Shown here: piece by piece, positions 57,164 to 64,000 of the stretch
Layout of the letters: each line of letters begins with the position of its first letter
Position numbering within the stretch: the stretch's first letter is position 1
Assembly: GCA_910583735.1 (NCBI GenBank)
Contig: CAJTXS010000003.1
Span: 35,457 to 99,456 of the forward strand
DNA: 64,000 bases
Source of the DNA: an uncultured Christensenella sp.
Lineage (GTDB): Bacteria; Bacillota; Clostridia; Christensenellales; UBA3700
Direction: 5' to 3'
Translations under genes and position numbers: made by a program
The notes under the pieces: generated by a model
Database searches by the model: none
The model's input: the letters and a program-made list of their open reading frames with translations, nothing else
What the model was told of the DNA's origin: nothing

Positions 57164-57372
57164 TTAGCAACTCCTCGGTAATTATCCTTAACGGGATCGT
57201 GTCCGCCCTCTTTCCAAGGCACGCATCTAAGCAGTCGCATGATGCCCATGATTATCCCCAAAGGTCCCCATTTGATTACAGCTTGTCCCATATAAGCCGA
57301 ACAGGACGGCGTATAGATACACCTGTCCTTCATCAATGGATTATAATACCTCTTATATATGCGTATCAGCAT
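57151..57372 (-). CDS. yidD: Membrane protein insertion efficiency factor YidD
   Basis: 73 aa. CIYTPSCSAY...RLLRCVPW is the classic YidD pattern. Confidence 0.9.
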   Translation of the reverse strand: MLIRIYKRYYNPLMKDRCIYTPSCSAYMGQAVIKWGPLGIIMGIMRLLRCVPWKEGGHDPVKDNYRGVAKWIF

Positions 57373-57787
57373 ACGCCGCCTTATTGTCGGATGCGGTATC
57401 GGCCCCTATGCTATCCTCAATAGATTGAGAAAACAGCCTGAGTGCGCCCGCCTTATCCTTTAGCAATCCTGCCTTGTTAAGAGTCGATATTAAATCTTGA
57501 GCCAGTTTTGCATAAGGCGCGTCGGCTGAACCCGACTTTGCCACTATTACGTAATTATATCCGCCTTGGAGATATCCTATCAATCGCATAGCGATATCTT
57601 TTATGCGCCGCTTGACCTTGTTGCGAACTACGCTCTTGCCCACGCGCTTACCGGAGACGACCCCTACGCGCAGAGCGTATCTTGTAGGGCAATAGGTGAT
57701 AGACGTATATGTTCCGCCGCACCTGCTGCCCTTGCGGTAGATATATGAAAAAGTGCGTCTGCCTCCCAGACGGTACTTCTTCTGCAT
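57353..57787 (-). CDS. rnpA: Ribonuclease P protein component
   Basis: 144 aa. RNR-like basic motif (KSVVRNKVKRRIKD). Lies directly downstream of rpmH. Has a C-terminal extension overlapping yidD. Confidence 0.88.
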   Translation of the reverse strand: MQKKYRLGGRRTFSYIYRKGSRCGGTYTSITYCPTRYALRVGVVSGKRVGKSVVRNKVKRRIKDIAMRLIGYLQGGYNYVIVAKSGSADAPYAKLAQDLISTLNKAGLLKDKAGALRLFSQSIEDSIGADTASDNKAAYADTHI

Positions 57788-57799
57788 ATCGAATGTCGA

Positions 57800-57934
57800 T
57801 TACGCGCTAAGTTGCTTTCTGCCCTTGTTGCGGCGACGAGCGATTACGTTCCTGCCGCCCTTAGTGGACATCCTCTTACGGAAGCCGTGGACCTTGCTGC
57901 GCTGTCTCTTTTTGGGTTGATAAGTTCTCTTCAT
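57800..57934 (-). CDS. rpmH: 50S ribosomal protein L34 (below the ORF-track length cut-off)
   Basis: Manual translation of the minus strand gives [44 protein letters not shown] followed by a stop. Confidence 0.95.
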   Translation of the reverse strand: MKRTYQPKKRQRSKVHGFRKRMSTKGGRNVIARRRNKGRKQLSA

Positions 57935-57969
57935 ATCGTTAAGCCCTCTCTTTTAATAATAGCTAAACC

Positions 57970-57999
57970 AGTATAATATAAGGCTTCCCTCGCTGTCAA
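57970..57999 (-). promoter_or_regulatory. Probable rpmH promoter
   Basis: Minus strand reads TTGACA, an 18-nt spacer, then TATACT, about 35 nt upstream of the rpmH ATG. Confidence 0.5.
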
Positions 58000-58214
58000 G
58001 TAAATAATCTTTTATATTATTATATAAAGGCGGCGCTTTCAGTCAACCGATTGACCGATTGAAATAGGCGATAGCCTCCGCTGTATATCGACGAAAAGTA
58101 TATTATATCTGTCGAATAAAGTATAATTGAATACTTGACCGCGGCAAATTAGAAGTAGACAACGATAAAAATCGAAGGTTGTTAAGCATCGCACTCGAGT
58201 AACCTATATTAAAA

Positions 58215-58243
58215 TTGACCGCTCCAAGTAAAATAAATATAAT
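58215..58243 (+). promoter_or_regulatory. Near-consensus promoter inside the ORF-free region
   Basis: TTGACC, a 17-nt spacer, then TATAAT on the plus strand, with no ORF downstream. Confidence 0.45.
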
Positions 58244-58290
58244 CAGTCGGATATCGAAATAAAACGGTAAAACATGTTATAAACAAAAGT

Positions 58291-58322
58291 TATATTGATA
58301 ATAATAAATTATTATCAATATA
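58291..58322. repeat. Perfect 15-bp inverted repeat
   Basis: TATATTGATAATAAT-AA-ATTATTATCAATATA. Confidence 0.9.
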
Positions 58323-58586
58323 AAATTAATAATAATATAAGTCAAAGTATATAATGTCGGAATATAATTTCTTTTGTAAAATAACGTATGCGCTCGAAAA
58401 CAGTAATCTGATAGTTGCAGCCGTAGGGGGGGGGATTATAACAAGATAATAGATATCTGTAAATGCAGGCGCAAACAAATTACAGGATTAAACTTGCATG
58501 TCAATATGTGCGACATATAAATATCTATAAGATATTACGTTGAATGCAAAGTATTAAATAACATGCGCTGCTATAACCGTCAAGAA

Positions 58587-58602
58587 TGTTTAACGTGAAA
58601 CA
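58587..58602. promoter_or_regulatory. parS: parS-like centromere site (15/16 match)
   Basis: TGTTTAACGTGAAACA compared with the Firmicute consensus TGTTNCACGTGAAACA, with one mismatch at position 6. Confidence 0.65.
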
Positions 58603-58885
58603 TGAGGGTAAAATACCGAAATCATAATATATAATCCTTTATTATACCTGATCGACTGCATATCCCTATTTTAACTTTAATAATATTTTTTATGCCTAAG
58701 CGCGCCATCTCAAGTAAAGTAACGACAGATAATCGATTCAAGACTATTCTTGAGCATTAAATTATAAAGCAAATAGTAAAACAGTCTGCGCGGCTGCGTA
58801 CATCGATATACAACATGCGCTCAACCGCAATTATATCTACAGAAACAACGTAAATTCTTTTTAATCTATTACAGGTGTATATGGC

Positions 58886-58908
58886 GCGTTTGAGCGCAAA
58901 CGCTTTTT
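58886..58908 (+). terminator. Rho-independent terminator inside the ORF-free region
   Basis: GCGTTTG-AGCG-CAAACGC followed by TTTTT. Confidence 0.6.
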
Positions 58909-60152
58909 CAGAGTAAATATCGGGATAAAAATTAATGTTCTATGATTTTAGATGATTTTTTTTGCGCAGTAAAAGCATTTTACAGCGCGCCGATAATAAA
59001 TATTTTAATATTTAATAAAAATGCGGAGGTTTATGCTGTTTGAGTTTTAATATCGATTGCATAAATAGATGCGGATCCTTAGATGTCGGTTACGCATCTA
59101 TTCGGATATTATTGATATCTACCGTGCTTAGATATCAATTGATATATAAATTGTAAGCCGAATAATATCGATTTTCTCATCTGCCGCTGTATCTCGAGCT
59201 ATAGCCGCAGTAGTATTGCTTTTATCAAGTGCGACACGTATATGCTGTACGTGTAGTGCTCGGACTGATTTGTAAGCGGCAGTAGCTTTATCTTGCCAAA
59301 ATAATATGGTTTGCTCGCGGTAATAAGCGGTTAAGAGATGTTTCGGATGCTATTTTTATAATAAATCGCTGTAATCCCTATACATATCGCGCTCAAATGA
59401 TTGCGAATATATCAAGTAATAAATTCAAATTACTGTATTGATACATATTATAAATCAGTATCGGATACTTACCTATTTATATAAATAAATGCGTTGACGC
59501 TCGAGCTTAACGGTAATAACTGCAATGCCGCATAAATGATTTGAATTAATAATTACATCATAAAGCGGATAGCGCAACAAATTTGCAGCGGTATAGACTG
59601 TAGATAATTATCGCAAAAAAAAGCGATAAGCAAAAAAATCCGACCGATATAAAATTTAATCTTTGATGCTGCCGAGCTTTGGCAGCATTATAAAAACCGT
59701 CTTGCTTAAGCTGTGCTCTTGCTTGTCAACACAATACCGGCAAAGCCTCGCTTGTGTAATAGGATTTATCTCGTGTAAAACAAGCGTTTTTAGCAAAAAC
59801 GGGCGATATTGAGTATAAAATCCGTGTAATACGGGCAAAATCTACATTAAAAGGATATTTATATCGGAGAGGCATGTCGGCGAGCGGGAACGGTCGTATG
59901 GATATATCGTGCGGCTCAAAGATAAATAGCGCGCAAGTTTGCTCTAGTTATTTGCGCTATTATATATTATCTCGACTGAATATATATATTTACGCAGTTA
60001 ATGAGGCGGCTGCGCTTGCAGTTGATTTTTATATGATTGCCGCGCTTCTTTGCCTGGGCGCCTCTGCCGTCGATTATGCGTCAATTATTTTTTTTAATTA
60101 AATTGCAAACACTGCGTATCGATAATTTATAATTTTAACAACTTTAAGCTAA

Positions 60153-60168
60153 TGTTTTACGTGAAACA
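60153..60168. promoter_or_regulatory. parS: parS-like centromere site (15/16 match)
   Basis: TGTTTTACGTGAAACA compared with TGTTNCACGTGAAACA, with one mismatch at position 6. Confidence 0.65.
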
Positions 60169-60777
60169 TAGCTAAATGTTATACGAGTAATTTATCTTTG
60201 ATTATGTGCCAAACCGCTTGAAAAGGCGCGATATTTGCCATGTATTACCTTTTGTTATATTTATAAATTATTGATAAAGTGATTATTAAGCTAATGGCGT
60301 GGGATTAAATAAATCGCTTGATGCTGTATTCTTAATTATATTCACAGTTGTTGCAAGATAGATGAAGTAGGTGCGCTGTATTGGACGAACCGATACATTC
60401 GGATTTATTATCATATAATCAATACATGTTTTTATTTGTTGCGATATCTTTCCGATTGTTAAGGCATAGCGCAATTCCCTTGCATTGCCGTAGATTAAGC
60501 GCCGAGCCGGGGAAAGTCGATTAAGTCCGTAGTCGGGATTATGCGCTTTTGCAATGTTTCAGGGACAAAAGCATCATTTTTACAACTTGTCCCGGACAAG
60601 CATTTTATAATGTTCCTCGTGTAACAAAAATCGACTAATTTAAGAATATATATTTCTAAAACTGGCAAATAATAGAATTATTACTTCTTATATATAACTA
60701 ATAGTTGAGTGCAGACTTGTTATTTTTAACATGATTTTTGTGTATTTTCGGCTATAAAAGGGTAATTTTTCAGACAA

Positions 60778-60800
60778 AGTTTCACGGCGTTTGTGAAACA
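60778..60800. repeat. Split parS-like inverted repeat
   Basis: AGTTTCAC-GGCGTTT-GTGAAACA. The two parS half-sites are separated by 7 nt. Confidence 0.5.
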
Positions 60801-60861
60801 AATTAAGCATATTTATCATGACGGATTATTGAGCGATTAATACGTGGTTTTTAGTTAAATT

Positions 60862-61230
60862 TTAGGCGTTGATGCCTTGTTTTTTAATGCAATCGAAGGT
60901 CTCCGCGCTGATTATATGCTCGATTTTGCAAGCGTCTTCCTCAGCGGTCTCCGCGCTTACGCCTAAAGATTGGAGAAAACGTGTCAAGACGATGTGTCTT
61001 TCGTATATTCTGTCCGCGATTTCTCTGCCCGAGTCGGTAAGCGAGATGTTGCCGTCGCCGTCTACAGTAACGTGCCCGCTCTCTCTGAGATGCTTTAAGG
61101 CGATGCTGACGCTGGGCTTGGAAAATCCAAGCTCCTGCGCGATTTCTATTGCGCGGACGCTTCCTTTAGTGCTCTTGAGCATCAATATCGTCTCGAGGTA
61201 GTTCTCCGAAGAGGCGTTGATATTGGGCAT
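60862..61230 (-). CDS. DtxR/MntR-family metal-dependent transcriptional regulator
   Basis: 122 aa. SENYLETILML...VRAIEIAQELGFSKPSVSIALKHLRESGHV and DRIYERHIVLTRFL are typical of DtxR/MntR N-terminal and dimerisation domains. Confidence 0.85.
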   Translation of the reverse strand: MPNINASSENYLETILMLKSTKGSVRAIEIAQELGFSKPSVSIALKHLRESGHVTVDGDGNISLTDSGREIADRIYERHIVLTRFLQSLGVSAETAEEDACKIEHIISAETFDCIKKQGINA

Positions 61231-61854
61231 ATAATCCTCCGAATAAGTCCGAAATACAATCGAACTGCATTAATTGTAGCATAAAATCGCTCTTTTTTCA
61301 ACTTGTAACAGGCGGAGATTAAGCCGTGAGCGCTTAATCGGAGGGAGTCGAAGCTGACGGGATATATATTCGGCATTGATTTTTTACTTAATTGTCGGTA
61401 AAATATTTTGATTAAGTCTTTTTCGGTAGGAATAGCTAAGATAAATATATTTCTACGTTAAATTTTGTTTTAATCGACGATTGGGGGCAATAAATATACG
61501 TCAATTAATCTTTGAAGCGGTTAAGCGTAAAAATCTACGACGGTCGTCGGCAAAACCATGCGTAACGGAATGTCCGGCGGCGTATTTTGATTTATGCGGA
61601 CTGTAAGAATTGCGACATTATAGCGCAACTATGGGATATTAGGCGCTAATTAACAGTCGCGTATATTCGGCGAGGTAAAAGCCGATATTTCGACTAATCG
61701 GGGAGATAAACGCAGTTGCTTATTGCTGCGGCAAGTCTCAGCGAACATATTTTAATAATAACGCGTAAAAATATTTATTGATAAGTGATATCCGATATGC
61801 TAAAATAATATTATATCGGCTTGAGCCTAACCTAAGTAATAAGGAGATAAAGTA

Positions 61855-62886
61855 ATGACAACTTTAATGCAGCAGGAGATATTTTCCGAACCCGAAATGA
61901 TTAAGCGTACGATAGCGTCTTGCCGTCCCGTGGCGGCTGAGATTGCCGAAGCCTTCAAGACAAAGGGGATAACCAAGGTAGTCACATTGGCAAGAGGCAC
62001 ATCGGACAATGCCGCTACCGTATTTTCTTTCGTGTTCCCCCTTACTGCGGGAATCAACGTAGGACGCTTTCATCCCTCGGTGTATACCGTATACGATAAA
62101 AAGGTGGATATGAGCGATACGTGTATGATAATCGTATCGCAGAGCGGTATGTCCAAGGACACGGTAGACGTGTTCAATAAGGCTAAGGCCGCGGGCGCCA
62201 TGGTAGTTGCGGTGACGGACAACGCTCAATCTCCCGTTGCTAAGGGCAGCGATTATCACCTGTTTATAGACGTTGAGGAAGAAAAGAGCGTAGCCGCGAC
62301 CAAGACTTATATAGGCGAGGTAGTGGCGCTGCTTATCTTGGCGGAGGCATTCGGGGCGAATATAACCGACGGTATTGACAGCGTATGCGGTAAGATAGCC
62401 GATATTCTCGGCAAGAACGACGAAATAGCCGAGGTCGCAAAGGCTATCAAGGACAGAAAGAGCAATATTATTCTCTCCCGCGGCACTATGCTCGGCACGG
62501 GCGACGAGTGCGCGCTCAAGCTCACCGAGTGCTGCTACATGTTCAATCGCTCCTTCTCTACAGCCAACTTTATGCACGGTCCCTTCTCCCTCATAGACGA
62601 GGACGCGCACGTAATAATGCTGGCTCCTTCGGGCGTATTCACCAAGGAGTACACCGAGCTTGCAAGGCGCATCGTTTCTTTGGGCGGAAAGCTCACCGCA
62701 TTCAGCGATATCCCCGAGGTGCTCGAAGTGGCGAACAACAAGATAGTCATGCCGAAAGAGGACGATATCATAGCTCCCGTCACCTACGGCGTAGCCGTAT
62801 CGCTGCTCGCGCTCAACGTGGGACTTGCCAAGGGGCTGAGCGTAGATACGCCCCGCAACCTCAATAAGGTAACGGTTACTTTATAA
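61855..62886 (+). CDS. SIS-domain sugar phosphate isomerase/aminotransferase-like protein (GlmS C-terminal / FrlB / AgaS type)
   Basis: 343 aa. Two SIS repeats (LARGTSDNAA, IVSQSGMSKDTV, AVTDNAQSPVA). RBS AAGGAGA. Confidence 0.8.
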   Translation: MTTLMQQEIFSEPEMIKRTIASCRPVAAEIAEAFKTKGITKVVTLARGTSDNAATVFSFVFPLTAGINVGRFHPSVYTVYDKKVDMSDTCMIIVSQSGMSKDTVDVFNKAKAAGAMVVAVTDNAQSPVAKGSDYHLFIDVEEEKSVAATKTYIGEVVALLILAEAFGANITDGIDSVCGKIADILGKNDEIAEVAKAIKDRKSNIILSRGTMLGTGDECALKLTECCYMFNRSFSTANFMHGPFSLIDEDAHVIMLAPSGVFTKEYTELARRIVSLGGKLTAFSDIPEVLEVANNKIVMPKEDDIIAPVTYGVAVSLLALNVGLAKGLSVDTPRNLNKVTVTL

Positions 62887-62889
62887 TCT

Positions 62890-63840
62890 ATGAAGATAGC
62901 AATACTCGATAAAGATACGCTTACGCGCGGCGATATTGACTTCGGCGAGCTGGAAGCTATAGGCGATGTAATATATTGCGACATTAAGAGCGAGGAGGAT
63001 ATTGTATCCTCCTGCGCCGATTGCGATGCGATACTGTGCAATAAGATTGTAATATCGGGCTCCGTCATGGCAAGACTGCCGCAGCTTAAATATATCGGAT
63101 TGTTCGCTACAGGATACAACAATGTCGATATAGAGGCGGCTAAAGCCGCGGGCATAACCGTGACCAACGCGCCCGATTACTCGACGTATGCGGTGGCGCA
63201 GCATGTATTTGCCATGATTATGCGGTTTGCTTCCCGTATAGACGAGTACGACTGCTCCGTAAAGCGCGGCGATTGGAGCAAGAGCAATACGTTCAGTTAC
63301 TTCCCCTATCCGACCGACGAGTTGCAGGGCAAGACGCTGGGCATATACGGCTACGGCAATATCGGCTCGAAAGTAGCGGAGATAGGCAATGCCATGGGCA
63401 TGAGAGTGGTGGTGACCAGCAGGACCATGCACGTTGATTGCCCTTATCCCTATGTGGGAGACGATATATTCGCAGTGTCGGATTATCTCACGCTGCACTG
63501 TCCGCTCACGCAAGAGACGGAGAAGCTGATAGACAAAGACAAGCTGTCCGCGATGAAACCTACCGCCGTGCTGATTAATACGGCAAGGGGCGGATTGATA
63601 GACGAGCGGGCTCTCGCCTCTGCGCTCAATAAGGGCGTAATCGCAGGCGCGGCGCTTGATACTCTGTCTTGCGAGCCGCCTAAGGAGGACAATCCGCTGC
63701 TCGGCGCTAAGAACTGCGTAATTACTCCGCATATAGCTTGGGCGCCTACGCAGACGAGGAGCAGGCTGCTCGGCATAGTCGCGGACAATCTGCGCGCATT
63801 TATGGACGGACAACCCGTCAATGTCGTCGGCTGCGACTGA
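62890..63840 (+). CDS. D-isomer-specific 2-hydroxyacid dehydrogenase (glycerate/hydroxypyruvate reductase-like)
   Basis: 316 aa. NAD motif GIYGYGNIGSKVA, catalytic region LINTARGGLID, and ITPHIAW. Confidence 0.88.
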   Translation: MKIAILDKDTLTRGDIDFGELEAIGDVIYCDIKSEEDIVSSCADCDAILCNKIVISGSVMARLPQLKYIGLFATGYNNVDIEAAKAAGITVTNAPDYSTYAVAQHVFAMIMRFASRIDEYDCSVKRGDWSKSNTFSYFPYPTDELQGKTLGIYGYGNIGSKVAEIGNAMGMRVVVTSRTMHVDCPYPYVGDDIFAVSDYLTLHCPLTQETEKLIDKDKLSAMKPTAVLINTARGGLIDERALASALNKGVIAGAALDTLSCEPPKEDNPLLGAKNCVITPHIAWAPTQTRSRLLGIVADNLRAFMDGQPVNVVGCD

Positions 63841-63862
63841 TGGGCGGAATATAGGTGAAATT

Positions 63863-64000
63863 ATGCTAAGAATATTCAGACAACCGAGAAGGCAACTCGC
63901 GCTTACCGCGGTAATATTACTTTGCGCCGTCATAGCTTTCGGGCTCTTTTTCGCCGACGCGGTTACGGACCCCGGCGGAGACGGTATTCAAGCGTATAAG
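63863..64000 (+). CDS. 5' part of a membrane-anchored protein (runs off the window)
   Basis: ATG at 63863 opens MLRIFRQPRRQLALTAVILLCAVIAFGLFFADAV..., which is still open at the window end. Confidence 0.4.
   Translation, partial: MLRIFRQPRRQLALTAVILLCAVIAFGLFFADAVTDPGGDGIQAYK

Noticed and set aside
58585-60185. Reading the ATGTTT...AAACAT palindromes as MntR/DtxR operators, because of the neighbouring regulator and the AAACATAGC similarity at 60164
   Set aside because: The 16-mers match the parS consensus at 15/16 positions, a much more specific explanation. They also lie downstream of, not in the promoter of, the regulator gene. The MntR idea stays only a remote alternative.
59656-60474. 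Three 60-75 codon ORFs inside the 2.9 kb region (59656-59838 -, 59874-60101 +, 60286-60474 -)
   Set aside because: They have no convincing Shine-Dalgarno at proper spacing. For 59874 the GGAGAGG lies only 1 nt from the ATG. Composition is atypical and no motifs are present. Such lengths are expected occasionally by chance.
57960-60860. A DnaA-box cluster, CRISPR array, tRNA/rRNA or RNase P/SRP RNA within the ORF-free region
   Set aside because: My scan for TTATNCACA/TGTGNATAA gave one single-mismatch hit (ATATTCACA near 60337) and a few two-mismatch hits, not a cluster. There are no regularly spaced direct repeats. No tRNA-like T-arm or GAGGAAAGUCC-type RNase P signature was seen.

Overview
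This looks like an origin-proximal chromosomal segment of a Firmicutes/Clostridia-like bacterium; the taxon is inferred from gene content only. Coding regions look roughly 50% GC by eye, and intergenic regions are long and AT-rich. Recognisable genes include dnaA, parB, glucokinase, murB, rubrerythrin, a cdaA-DUF1015-aspartokinase operon, holA, comEC, ppa, mnmE-mnmG-rsmG-recF, and a glpK / glycerol-3-phosphate dehydrogenase operon. It also holds an SNF2 helicase, tmRNA (ssrA), birA, radC and jag-yidC-yidD-rnpA-rpmH. Four things stand out. (1) A ~2.9 kb AT-rich stretch upstream of rpmH (57935-60861) has no credible ORF. It carries two 15/16 matches to the Firmicute parS centromere consensus, a split parS-like inverted repeat, a near-consensus promoter paired with a clean terminator, and many perfect palindromes. 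(2) The origin gene cluster is scrambled: dnaA is followed by parB rather than dnaN, rsmG is followed by recF, and rpmH lies ~52 kb from dnaA. (3) A visibly AT-richer accessory block abuts the 3' end of ssrA (about 47.4-52.0 kb). It contains two tandem copies of a divergent HTH/HTH gene pair, an HtpX-like M48 protease, a possibly frameshifted membrane/PH-like gene and a P-loop kinase-like gene, but no integrase. (4) A ~262-bp tandem duplication after murB keeps its helices through compensatory substitutions. I found no CRISPR array, rRNA, tRNA, transposase or recognisable defence system. GC skew, homology searches and covariance-model searches could not be run, so all family calls rest on motifs read from the translations.
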